A DNA stretch of 32,000 bases from Geobacter sulfurreducens PCA (GTDB lineage Bacteria; Desulfobacterota; Desulfuromonadia; Geobacterales; Geobacteraceae): contig NC_002939.5 of NCBI RefSeq assembly GCF_000007985.2, positions 2,460,001-2,492,000 on the forward strand. The letters are read 5' to 3'. Made by a program: the position numbers and the translations under genes. Within the stretch, counting starts at the first letter, position 1. Each line of letters begins with the position of its first letter. This document shows positions 1 to 8,514 of this stretch, piece by piece. Under the pieces are notes generated by a model, which saw only the letters and a program-made list of their open reading frames with translations, had not been told where the DNA came from and made no database searches.

Positions 1-1083
1 AAAAATGATCCTCACAACTTTCATGGAAACGTTGTCAACGTCATAGTCTTGAACAATTCTGAACGGTCTCTTGCCGTCGGAATAATGGGCCATGGCAATC
101 TCAATGGCGTTCAGAACCCTGCCAGGCGTAAGCCCGCACATGATCAACGTCCCCTCGTCCATCCCCTCGGGACGTTCATGTGCTTGCCGAATAGTAACAG
201 CAGGGAAACAGAGAATCGAAGACTCCTCTGTGATAGTGCCACTGTCAGAGAGAACGCACGCGGCGTTCGTCTGCAATTTTACATAATCGAAGAAGCCGAA
301 GGGCTTACAGAACTGAATAAGCCCGTTCAATTCGTTTGGGGGCGAGGACTGAAGCCTTTTCATGGTCCGTGGATGGGTCGAAACGACAACCTTCTTGCGA
401 TACGTGGCGGCCACAGCATTGAGAGAGGCAAGCAGATCCCTGAAATTGCGTTCGGAGTCGATATTTTCCTCTCGATGCGCGCTCACCACAAAGTACTCGC
501 CAGGTACGAGGTCCATCTCGCTCAGAACCCGCGACCCGTCAATTTTTTTACGGTAATAGACAAACACCTCTTTCATGGACGACCCGACCTTGATTATCGT
601 TTCGGGCCGTACTCCCTCATCGAGCAGATAGCGCCGTGCATGCTCGGTGAGAGGCATATTTATATCACTCAGGTGATCGACGATTTTGCGGTTGATCTCC
701 TCGGGAACTCGCTGGTCGAAGCAACGGTTCCCCGCCTCCATGTGGAATACCGGAATCTTGCAACGCTTTGCGGAGATGACGGAGAGACAACTGTTTGTAT
801 CGCCATAGAGCAGAACGGCGTCAGGTTTTTCCTTTGTCATCACGACGTCTGATTTGGCAATCACGTTGCCGATGGTTTCCGCTGTGGTTTGGCCCACGGC
901 ATTGAGAAAATGGTCAGGTTTCTTGATGCCGAGTTCCCTGAAGAAAATCTCGTTCAGTTCGTAATCATAGTTCTGACCAGTATGAACCAGTACATGGTTT
1001 GCGTGCTGTTCAAGCTCACCTATCACGCGGCAAAGCTTGATGATCTCCGGCCTGGTGCCGACTATAGTCATGACTTTAAGCAT
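1..1083 (-). CDS. wecB: UDP-N-acetylglucosamine 2-epimerase, non-hydrolysing (WecB / FnlC / CapG / WbvD family); C-terminal end runs off the window
   Basis: Absent from the ORF track because no stop lies inside the window. Hand translation of the minus strand from ATG 1083..1081 gives an uninterrupted 361-codon frame down to base 1: MLKVMTIVGTRPEIIKLCRVI...HTGQNYDYELNEIFF...LLYGDTNSCL...PVFHMEAGNRCFDQRVPEEINRKIVDH...VVSAHREEN...VLSDSGTITEESS... These are the canonical 2-epimerase motifs. The start overlaps the stop of the upstream gene (ATGCTTAA). The listed + ORF 49..852 is its antisense shadow. Confidence 0.9.
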   Translation of the reverse strand, partial: MLKVMTIVGTRPEIIKLCRVIGELEQHANHVLVHTGQNYDYELNEIFFRELGIKKPDHFLNAVGQTTAETIGNVIAKSDVVMTKEKPDAVLLYGDTNSCLSVISAKRCKIPVFHMEAGNRCFDQRVPEEINRKIVDHLSDINMPLTEHARRYLLDEGVRPETIIKVGSSMKEVFVYYRKKIDGSRVLSEMDLVPGEYFVVSAHREENIDSERNFRDLLASLNAVAATYRKKVVVSTHPRTMKRLQSSPPNELNGLIQFCKPFGFFDYVKLQTNAACVLSDSGTITEESSILCFPAVTIRQAHERPEGMDEGTLIMCGLTPGRVLNAIEIAMAHYSDGKRPFRIVQDYDVDNVSMKVVRIIF

Positions 1084-2086
1084 TGAGTTCGCCTCTAATA
1101 TAGTCAAGCTTGAGGAGCAGCTCTTTAACCCCTTCAACATCCAATCTCGTAGTGTTGTGCGAAGTGTAGTCGTCCTTGAGCGATATTTTTTCTTCCCCCT
1201 CGACGAAATACTTATTGTAGTTCAAATCGCGGCTGTCTGACGGGATGCGGTAATACGTTCCCAGATCCTCGGCCCTGACCATCTCCTCTCTCGTCACGAG
1301 TGTCTCGTAGAGCTTCTCGCCATGCCGGGTTCCGATGATCTTGATCTCGTTACCGGCGCTGAACAATTCCTTCAACGCCTGGGCAAGATCCCTGATGGTA
1401 GAGGCCGGAGATTTCTGGACGAGGATATCACCCGAGTTCGCGTGAGCAAATGCGTAGAGGACCAGATCAACCGAATCCTCCAAAGACATGAGGAAGCGTG
1501 TCATGTTCGGGTCCGTGAGAGTTAGGCTCTTGCCTTCCTTGATTTGTTGCACAAACAAGGGGATAACCGACCCGCGTGAAGCCATTACATTGCCGTAGCG
1601 GGTTGCGCAAAGAACCGTTCTGGTTATGTCGGTCGTCCGCGACTTTGCCACCATCAGCTTTTCCATCATGGCTTTCGACAGTCCCATGGCATTTATCGGG
1701 TATACTGCCTTGTCGGTGCTCAGAACGATTACCTTTTTCACATGGTTTGCAATTGAAGCGTTAAGGACGTTCTCGGCACCAAGGATGTTCGTCCTGACAG
1801 CCTCCATAGGGTAGAATTCACATGATGGCACCTGCTTGAGGGCTGCCGCATGAAAAACGTAATCCACACCTTTCATTGCAGAGTCAAGACTGTCATAATC
1901 TCTGACGTCGCCGATATAAAACTTGAGCCTGTCATTGTTCAGGGCAATGCGCATGTCTTCCTGCTTCTTCTCATCGCGGCTGAAAATGCGCACCTCACTG
2001 ATACGTGTGTCGAGAAAACGCTTCAGAACGGCATTACCGAAAGAACCGGTCCCACCGGTGATAAGCAGCACTTTATTCCTGAACAT
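1076..2086 (-). CDS. UDP-N-acetylglucosamine 4,6-dehydratase / 5-epimerase, short-chain dehydrogenase (SDR) fold (CapE / FnlA / WbjB / WbvB family)
   Basis: The 336-aa ORF is collinear end to end with my recollection of S. aureus CapE. Shared stretches: KVLLITGGTGSFGNAVLKRFLD, IFSRDEKKQ, KFYIGDVRD, DYVFHAAALKQVPSCEF, LSTDKAVYPINAMGLSKAMMEK, RYGNVMASRGSVIPLF, MTRFLMSLEDSV, IIGTRHGEK. ATG at 2086..2084. Confidence 0.92.
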   Translation of the reverse strand: MFRNKVLLITGGTGSFGNAVLKRFLDTRISEVRIFSRDEKKQEDMRIALNNDRLKFYIGDVRDYDSLDSAMKGVDYVFHAAALKQVPSCEFYPMEAVRTNILGAENVLNASIANHVKKVIVLSTDKAVYPINAMGLSKAMMEKLMVAKSRTTDITRTVLCATRYGNVMASRGSVIPLFVQQIKEGKSLTLTDPNMTRFLMSLEDSVDLVLYAFAHANSGDILVQKSPASTIRDLAQALKELFSAGNEIKIIGTRHGEKLYETLVTREEMVRAEDLGTYYRIPSDSRDLNYNKYFVEGEEKISLKDDYTSHNTTRLDVEGVKELLLKLDYIRGELNA

Positions 2087-2087
2087 C

Positions 2088-3002
2088 CTAATGGCTCCCC
2101 TCCCGCAATTTATGTCGATACCATGGTGATGTCACGTAGTCGTTGTGCATTTCCGCAATCAGTTCCGGCCATGCGGGCGCGCTATAGCCCGTGGCATTCC
2201 TGAATTTATCCGAGTTCAGCGACCGGTAACAATGAAAATCACCGAAGGGGATGATTTCGATCTTCTTGCCGTACTGCGCGGCGATCAGTTCCAGTAACTC
2301 ATACTTCGATATGGGTTCCGACGCCACCTGATAAAGTCCCTTCAGATTCATATCACAAATAATGTATTTCTCGATTATTCGTGCGATCTCAATCGTAGGA
2401 AACCCGGTGTATATCGCATTGGTGAAACCTTTGACCGGTCCCTTCCGAGAAAGGAACCACTCCACGAGACCGTATCCTCCTTTCAACTCATGGCCGATGA
2501 TGGAGGTGCGCAAGGTTACGCAGTGGTCGGAGGTCACTTCGCCGAGAAACTTGCTGCGCCCATACAGGTCCGTAGCGTCTGACCGGTCGGTTTCGCGATA
2601 ATCACCTTTCTCTCCGGAAAAAACGCAGTCCGTGCTGATGTGGACGAGCCGAGCCCCGGCGGCCTTGCATGCAACCGCGAGCCGGTGGGGGAAAAGTGCG
2701 TTGGTTGCAATACAGACGACCGGATCCTCTGCGGCTGGCAGCTGCTTGATTACTCCAACGCAATTGATGACCACGTCCGGCTTTATCTGCGCAAGAACTG
2801 CAAGCACTGAATCGAAGTTATCAGCATCAATTCCGCCATGAATTTTCAACAGATGATCGTCAGTGAACCATCGCGACAATTCTGAAACGCTACGGACAGT
2901 CGCATGAGTATCAAGCTTGTCGTTCTCAAATAAACGACCGAACAAAGTATGCCCCAGCATGCCGCTGGCCCCGACAATCAGCACATTAATTCTGTGGCTC
3001 AT
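2088..3002 (-). CDS. NAD(P)-dependent sugar-nucleotide 4-reductase, RmlD-like SDR (WbvR-like, or the N-terminal half of CapF/FnlB)
   Basis: 304-aa ORF with an N-terminal Rossmann motif VLIVGASGMLG. The catalytic-region pattern STDCVFSG...Y..SK (YGRSKFLGE) is typical of the dTDP-4-dehydrorhamnose reductase fold. It sits one nucleotide upstream of the CapE/FnlA-type gene. There is no room for the C-terminal cupin domain that, as I recall, CapF-type enzymes (about 370 aa) carry. Confidence 0.8.
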   Translation of the reverse strand: MSHRINVLIVGASGMLGHTLFGRLFENDKLDTHATVRSVSELSRWFTDDHLLKIHGGIDADNFDSVLAVLAQIKPDVVINCVGVIKQLPAAEDPVVCIATNALFPHRLAVACKAAGARLVHISTDCVFSGEKGDYRETDRSDATDLYGRSKFLGEVTSDHCVTLRTSIIGHELKGGYGLVEWFLSRKGPVKGFTNAIYTGFPTIEIARIIEKYIICDMNLKGLYQVASEPISKYELLELIAAQYGKKIEIIPFGDFHCYRSLNSDKFRNATGYSAPAWPELIAEMHNDYVTSPWYRHKLREGSH

Positions 3003-3033
3003 GAACTCTCCACTTGTAACACTGTCTCAAGCG

Positions 3034-3741
3034 CTATCTTGTAAGCTTTGACATCTTCTTGAACGTGTAGTCAACAAGAGAATACATTTTTTGCTTAACT
3101 GACAGAACACCCTGTCCTGTGGACAATTCATCGTCAAACGTCTTGATAGCCCAAAGTGCCCCAAAAGGCTTTTCGAGTTCATTCCCCATACTGTCGCTTT
3201 TATGAAATACTTCGGCTGCAACAATATCCCACGTTTCGTCGAAATCGTCCGGCTGCCAGCCGGACTTGTGCTCCTGCCACGCTCCGCCATCGAGCCCCCA
3301 CGCGTCCTTTCCGTCTGGATGGCTCTGGGGCATAAATCCCAGAGGAGTGAACAGGGCGATCTGTCTGCGAGCAATACGCTCTGTGGCCCTCAGAAGATTG
3401 ACAGCCTCCTCCTTCTCCAGATGCTCGATTACGTCGTTCAGGATGACCGTATCGACCGACTTGGGAGGAAACAGTCTCACGGTTTCGGCCCAAGTGGCAT
3501 TTATCACCACATAGTTCCTATCGGTCCTCTCCTTGATAAGAGTCTGAAGGTGTTCGACATATTGTCCAAAAGGTTCGCAACAGATATGTACCAGCGGCCG
3601 GAGGAACTGTTGGGGCCTGATGCCGCAACCTATGTCCATCAGCACTCTGACGTGCTGGAGTTTCTTTATCGCTTCCGGGAAAAGCTTGCCGGCTTCCACC
3701 CATGTGACGGCCATACGGGACCTCCCTATCTTTACGGACAT
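3034..3741 (-). CDS. Class I SAM-dependent methyltransferase
   Basis: Motif I VLMDIGCGIRP is followed by the DTVILNDVIEHLEKEEA pattern typical of Methyltransf_11/23-type enzymes. The track start is 3741. An in-frame ATG at 3714..3712 is preceded by a strong GGGAGG Shine-Dalgarno 6 nt upstream and is the more likely start (226 aa). Confidence 0.85.
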   Translation of the reverse strand: MSVKIGRSRMAVTWVEAGKLFPEAIKKLQHVRVLMDIGCGIRPQQFLRPLVHICCEPFGQYVEHLQTLIKERTDRNYVVINATWAETVRLFPPKSVDTVILNDVIEHLEKEEAVNLLRATERIARRQIALFTPLGFMPQSHPDGKDAWGLDGGAWQEHKSGWQPDDFDETWDIVAAEVFHKSDSMGNELEKPFGALWAIKTFDDELSTGQGVLSVKQKMYSLVDYTFKKMSKLTR

Positions 3742-3772
3742 ATTTCATGTAAAAACTGCGCCAACACCACTG

Positions 3773-4945
3773 TCATTCGCACCGCGAAGGAGAAAGAATG
3801 CTGCGAAGCCTTTGGGCAAGCGCGGGTATTTCCATGTCGGCACGCCCCTTCAGAATGTTCTGCCGCTGGCTTTCATACTCTTCGTACGGCGGTGAGTCAA
3901 GAAGGCTGAGCACCGTGCGCTTGAGTTCCCCATAATTATCGCACAGATAGCCGATATTGCCCATCCGCTCGAAATAGGACTCAAAAAAAGGGTTCCTGAG
4001 CGCGATGACTGGCTTCAGGTAGGAAAAGGCATCGAAAAGAACGCCGCTCGCCGTCAAGGTATATGTTTCTGGTTTGTGAAAAAAAATGGCATAGTCGATG
4101 CTACGGACGTGCAACGCATAGTCCTGCGGCGAAAGGGGAGCATCCGGCGACGGCAGTTCCACATCATCGCTCAGCAGCCCCCTCAGTTTCCTGTCGATTA
4201 TGGGGCCGATGCATACAAATCTGGAGCAGAAACTCGTCCGGGTCTTCTGGATCTCATGGGCGAGTCTCAGAAATTCGTGGGACCCTTTTACCTTGCGCAG
4301 GACGCCGAGAGCTCCGAAGGTGATGCTGTTTCCAGCAAATGGGGAGTATTTCACTGCGGGCTCAAAATGGTAGGGATGGTCGATGCTGGTAACATAGGGG
4401 GCAAGGGATGGGACCCGATCCAGCAGTTCCCGCTTGATCGAGTCTCCCAACACGATGTATGTCAACCGATCGCAATTGCCTCGCAGCAGCCAGTTCCGGA
4501 ACGTGTCGCGATTTTTCCAGGGAAGAAGCGAAGGGCGTTCGGCGACAGAGGAGAGAATACTATGCATCACCATCAAGCACTTGACGCCTGGAAATGCAGG
4601 GAACTGTAATTTCACCGCCCTGAGCGTTTCATTACTTATACAGGTGAAGACAACCCTGGAAGCTCCAGAGCGTTCGGCACGTTCGAACAGCATCCTGACA
4701 AGCCGGTGCTCCAGCTCGAAACGCTCAGCCTTGATGCTCTTGCGCTTCGGGATATCGATCGGCTCGAATTGTATCGCTTTTCGACTACTGACAAGGGTTT
4801 CTGCACCAACAAATCCGAGATGGTCCCTCTCGGCCAGGAAAACGATTTCTTCCTCGGGACAAGCATGGCTGATCACAAGCAGCATCGCCGCATTGAACGA
4901 CGAGTGCTCGAAACCGTGACAGACTGGTTCACAGACCAGGATCAT
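3773..4945 (-). CDS. Uncharacterised protein, probable divergent GT-B-fold glycosyltransferase
   Basis: 390-aa ORF, ATGA-coupled to the upstream GT4 gene (4945..4942). The C-terminal half follows the GT-B/GT4 layout: ITFGALGVLRKVKG...FVCIGPI...YAIFFHKPETYTLTASGVLFDAFSYLKPVIAL...GYLCDN..ELKRTVLSLL. The N-terminal half (LVCEPVCHGFEHSSFNAAML) lacks the usual glycine-rich motif. Confidence 0.5.
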   Translation of the reverse strand: MILVCEPVCHGFEHSSFNAAMLLVISHACPEEEIVFLAERDHLGFVGAETLVSSRKAIQFEPIDIPKRKSIKAERFELEHRLVRMLFERAERSGASRVVFTCISNETLRAVKLQFPAFPGVKCLMVMHSILSSVAERPSLLPWKNRDTFRNWLLRGNCDRLTYIVLGDSIKRELLDRVPSLAPYVTSIDHPYHFEPAVKYSPFAGNSITFGALGVLRKVKGSHEFLRLAHEIQKTRTSFCSRFVCIGPIIDRKLRGLLSDDVELPSPDAPLSPQDYALHVRSIDYAIFFHKPETYTLTASGVLFDAFSYLKPVIALRNPFFESYFERMGNIGYLCDNYGELKRTVLSLLDSPPYEEYESQRQNILKGRADMEIPALAQRLRSILSPSRCE

Positions 4946-6021
4946 CGCCCTCTCCCGCCATGCGACTCCCCATGTTCGCCATCAACATTCCAAAGTCTGT
5001 AATAGTCCTCCTTGACCTTGGTCCAGGAGTTCTCCAGAGAGTAGCGGTATGCCCGTTCAGTCTTTTCCCGGTCCAGAAGGGCCTCGTCGACGCACCGCGC
5101 CACCTCTTTACTATCGCGCGCAATCCACATCAACCGGCGGCTGTCTGGCATCATTTCAAGATAGTCTTTCTTGAGTTCGTTATCGTACACGGCCACGACC
5201 GGCTTCTTTCGGGAAAAAGCCTCCAGGATGCCCAGATACCCCGAGGTGAAGACGACTTTTGCATCTGTAACGTAAGGGAGGGGGTTCTCCACGAGTCCGA
5301 GGAATTCCACGTTGCGAAGTCCTGTGTGACAGACGAAGTCTTCAAGCTCTTTCTTCATCGCTCCGTCGCCGCAGATGACCAGCCGAAGTTCTGGATGGTC
5401 GCGTACGATCCACTCCCAGGCTCTGAGATAGGAGTCGATGCCGGAATCCTTGGCAAGCCGTCCCACAAATACGACGCTGTTTTCATGAGCTTCGGGCAGG
5501 GAAGACCTGTGAACACCGCCATAGGTTACAACATCGGCACGTGTACCATACCATTTTTCGATAAAGTGCCCAACGCACATGGTTCCATCCGCAAGACGCG
5601 CTGCCAGTTTCCGCCTTGCGACGATCTTGTCCTTGGGAGGAAAATGTCCCTCCCATCCATGGAAGGTTATATAGACCTTCTTGCCAAGGACCCTGAGAAT
5701 CGGGTAAATCCAGAGGCCATAACGCCACATGGTCGCAACGTCGTGAAAATTAACGATATCGGCTTTGAGAAACCTGCCAGACACCCCTGCAACCTGCAAG
5801 ACCCGCTCTAATCCCGTGAACAGCTTGGTCTGTGGCTTGTTCAGCCTGACAACCTCGATATTTCCTTCCCGTTCGAAGTCCCCGTAGGAGCTGTCATGCT
5901 TGGGAACGAGAATGGTTATCGAATGGCCATCCTTCTGGAGTTCGAGCGACACCTCGCGGACGTGTCTTTCCACGCCGCCGATGTGAGGATAGTAGTTGGG
6001 TGCCACAAACAACACGCGCAT
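4942..6021 (-). CDS. Glycosyltransferase family 4 (GT-B, group 1)
   Basis: 359 aa. N-terminus MRVLFVAPNYYPHIGGVERHV, typical of GT4. C-terminal domain with VVFVGRLAKDSGID...LVICGDG...FTSGYLGILEAFSRKKPVVA. ATG at 6021..6019. Confidence 0.88.
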   Translation of the reverse strand: MRVLFVAPNYYPHIGGVERHVREVSLELQKDGHSITILVPKHDSSYGDFEREGNIEVVRLNKPQTKLFTGLERVLQVAGVSGRFLKADIVNFHDVATMWRYGLWIYPILRVLGKKVYITFHGWEGHFPPKDKIVARRKLAARLADGTMCVGHFIEKWYGTRADVVTYGGVHRSSLPEAHENSVVFVGRLAKDSGIDSYLRAWEWIVRDHPELRLVICGDGAMKKELEDFVCHTGLRNVEFLGLVENPLPYVTDAKVVFTSGYLGILEAFSRKKPVVAVYDNELKKDYLEMMPDSRRLMWIARDSKEVARCVDEALLDREKTERAYRYSLENSWTKVKEDYYRLWNVDGEHGESHGGRGR

Positions 6022-6070
6022 GCTTCGCCTTTTTCCCGGAACATAACGTTCCCAAAAGAGTTGAGCCCAA

Positions 6071-7333
6071 TCAGTTTTTTAGGATGGAATCGGCTATCGC
6101 GACAAGCCTGCCAACCGCCGCCTTCACCGTGTAAGGAGATATGGCCATCTCGCGCCTTCCTCCCTCCTGCCACTCGTAGATCATCTCCATGAGCCCCTGC
6201 TTGACCGCGACGGGGTCATCCGCAGCCAGCGGCCTGTGCCCCAGCTCCGCAAGCATCCGCGAGAGTTCGGGATTCCTGTGGAGCAGCCCCAGTATCGGCT
6301 TGGCCATATGGAAGTACTCATAGGTCTTCGAGGGAATCGTTTCCGCCGAGATGTCCTCGGTATTCTGAATGAGCAACAGCACATCGCAGTCCGCCATGGC
6401 CGACAGGGCCTCATTACGGGAAACCCGACCCCGGTTCCTCACAACCCCGGAAACAGGAAAATTGTCGACAAGCTCGCACGATACCCGGTCGCTCGTCCCG
6501 TACTGGTCGAAGCGAACGATTTCGGCAAGTTCCGGGCGATTACTCAAGAACATCTCCAGTCCCCGGAGGAACACGCTGAGATTGCGAGACCCGCCAAGCG
6601 AGCCGAAATGGGCGATGCGCCAGGTGTCCCGGCAGCAAGGGCGAGAGTCGTCATATTCCGGCGTGGCCGGTTCTGCGCCGGCGTAAATCACATATCCCTT
6701 GTCACCAAGCTCAGTCCTTTTGGATGCGTGTTCACGGGCGGCTTCGGTGAGATAAATCACCGCGGATGCTCGTGCACATACCACTCGCTCGACAAAAGCG
6801 TAGACGGCGTAAGCGCGTTTGCTTCTCTTCCAGTCGCGAAAAACGAGGGGATCCTGAAACTCGGCAATCCATGGGAGCCCTGTGAAACGTGAAACAAAGA
6901 AAGCGGCCATGTGGGCACTTGCCGCACCGCCCGTCGAGTAGATGAGCTCGGGTTTGTGCTCCTTGCACAGACGCCCTCCCGCGAAAGCGGCGAGGGGGAA
7001 CCACCACCATTGGCTATCGAGATCGATCAACAGCTTTTCGAGTGCATAAAGAGGAAAAAGCAGCAGATTCAAGAGAGGATACAGCAGCGCAACCAGTCGA
7101 CTCTTCCTCCTCAGGTGCCGCAACTCATAGCGAATCCCGGAGGGGGCCACGGACGGAACCCGTACATGCGCGAGGGACTCGTGGCCCGCGCCGCAGATGC
7201 CAGTGAGCATCACGGGTTCAATACCGTTTTCGAGGAGATAAGAGAGCCGGTCATCCACATGCTGCGCACATGCCATCCCGTCGATTTTCGAGAAATATGA
7301 AACGACCAGCCAGCGTCTTACCCTATGGTTCAT
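6071..7333 (-). CDS. Putative GT-B glycosyltransferase (GT4 / WcaI-WbuB-like) with a hydrophobic insert in the N-domain
   Basis: The track ORF extends to 7468, but that extension lies inside the upstream gene. ATG 7333..7331 forms an ATGA overlap with the upstream stop (7332..7330) and gives 421 aa. Motifs: LIYSTGGAASAHMAAFFVSRFTGLPWIAEFQDP, IAHFGSLGGSRN, and IPSKTYEYFHMAKPILGL (the PSK..EY motif of WcaI/WbuB-like GT4s). Hydrophobic stretch: LVALLYPLLNLLLFPLYAL...WWWFPLAAFAG. Confidence 0.6.
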   Translation of the reverse strand: MNHRVRRWLVVSYFSKIDGMACAQHVDDRLSYLLENGIEPVMLTGICGAGHESLAHVRVPSVAPSGIRYELRHLRRKSRLVALLYPLLNLLLFPLYALEKLLIDLDSQWWWFPLAAFAGGRLCKEHKPELIYSTGGAASAHMAAFFVSRFTGLPWIAEFQDPLVFRDWKRSKRAYAVYAFVERVVCARASAVIYLTEAAREHASKRTELGDKGYVIYAGAEPATPEYDDSRPCCRDTWRIAHFGSLGGSRNLSVFLRGLEMFLSNRPELAEIVRFDQYGTSDRVSCELVDNFPVSGVVRNRGRVSRNEALSAMADCDVLLLIQNTEDISAETIPSKTYEYFHMAKPILGLLHRNPELSRMLAELGHRPLAADDPVAVKQGLMEMIYEWQEGGRREMAISPYTVKAAVGRLVAIADSILKN

Positions 7334-8514
7334 TTCGACTCCCGGTCCGCGCAGCGGGCAGATACGACCTGATCGACACGACCCATCACTTCGTCCACCT
7401 CTATTTCGAGAATGCAGGCGCTCTCCTCTCCCCTTCCCCCACAGCCCGCTTCCCCGCACGGAACACACTCCCGATCCTCCTTACGGACAACGATGATCCG
7501 GCCGCCTGAAAGCGGAGGCACCTGCTCAAGGGGACCTTGATTGTCCCAAGGGAACCAGCGATTCAATTCGGTGGGGCCATAGAGGGCAACGAGAGGGATG
7601 CCGGCTGCTGCCGCCATGTGAGTCACCGCCGTATCGAGACCGATGTAGAGGGATGCGCCTGAAAGAAGACACGCCATCTGATTAAGACTAAACTCCCCCT
7701 TTATCACTAAAGGCGCATGGCGGCAGAGCCCGGCCCCCTGCTGGACCATCGATACTTCCACTGCCGATGGGGAGGCCGTCCATACCGGCCTCAAACCGTA
7801 ACGCTCTGCAACGCGGTCGCTCAATTCGGCAAATTTTTCCATGGTCCAGAGCTTGTAACGCCAGCGTGCAAAGGGATGGATGACAAAGTAGGCCCCGTCG
7901 AGTCTCGCTTTTTCCAACACCTGGCGCACCCGCCCGGCGTCGGCTGCATCCCAGTGAACAGATGCGCTGAGCCGGTCTGCCGCCAGCCCGAGTGCATCCG
8001 CGACGGACTTGCACAGCAGAGCCACATGATTCTGACAGGGAAGCGGGATGAGGCGATGAAAGAGCATTTTCTTCCATAAAGCCTGACCAAAATTGTCTCC
8101 GAGAGTGAAACCGACCCTCGTCTTTTTCCCGGCCAGCAGAGCGGCAAAGCTTCCCCGATCCGAGGCGTTCATATTGATTGCCAGGTCATACCTCCGGAAA
8201 ATATCCCGGAAGTAGCCGCCTTCCCGCGCCCCACCGGCAGCTACCGAGCCCTTCTCCGAATAGATGACCCGCCTGACCCGTGGGTCCTTTTCCAGAAACT
8301 CGCCGGTACCCCGGTTCACCAGAAAGTCGATGGCTGCGTCAGGGAATGCATTTTTCAGGATGCCGATGAGCGGCGTGGTCAGGATGACATCGCCGATGAG
8401 CCGGATATTGATGATGAGTATGGAGGAGGGTGATGCGGTCACGATATGTTCAGATCCTTCGGGCGATGACGTCGTTGAAATGGCCGAGAAGTGCCTCGAT
8501 TGCCCGTGCTTCAT
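7330..8514 (-). CDS. Glycosyltransferase family 9 (LPS heptosyltransferase family), second copy
   Basis: ILIINIRLIGDVILTTPLIGILKNAFPDAAIDFLV at the N-terminus and YIGLDTAVTHMAAAAGIPLVALYGPT in the C-domain are GT9 hallmarks. The start is ambiguous. Track position 8517 is TTG. ATG 8514 overlaps the upstream gene by 65 nt and has no Shine-Dalgarno. GTG 8442..8440, 7 nt after the upstream stop, would give the short N-terminus typical of GT9 (MTASPSSILIIN). Confidence 0.85.
   Translation of the reverse strand: MKHGQSRHFSAISTTSSPEGSEHIVTASPSSILIINIRLIGDVILTTPLIGILKNAFPDAAIDFLVNRGTGEFLEKDPRVRRVIYSEKGSVAAGGAREGGYFRDIFRRYDLAINMNASDRGSFAALLAGKKTRVGFTLGDNFGQALWKKMLFHRLIPLPCQNHVALLCKSVADALGLAADRLSASVHWDAADAGRVRQVLEKARLDGAYFVIHPFARWRYKLWTMEKFAELSDRVAERYGLRPVWTASPSAVEVSMVQQGAGLCRHAPLVIKGEFSLNQMACLLSGASLYIGLDTAVTHMAAAAGIPLVALYGPTELNRWFPWDNQGPLEQVPPLSGGRIIVVRKEDRECVPCGEAGCGGRGEESACILEIEVDEVMGRVDQVVSARCADRESK

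Noticed and set aside
6022-6070. A mobile-element boundary or attachment site at the GC-content step.
   Set aside because: The spacer holds only a 5-bp hairpin (GGAAC/GTTCC) and a ribosome-binding region. There are no direct repeats, tRNA, integrase or transposase remnants in the window, so the island idea rests on composition alone.
7334-7468. N-terminal extensions of track ORFs into the preceding gene: 6071..7468, 10405..11463, 20847..21428, 9593..10414, 30292..31293 and 27380..28903.
   Set aside because: In each case an internal start has a good Shine-Dalgarno or a coupled ATGA/TGATG junction and gives the family-typical N-terminus. The extended parts are Arg/Gly-rich or begin at TTG or GTG and overlap upstream coding sequence.
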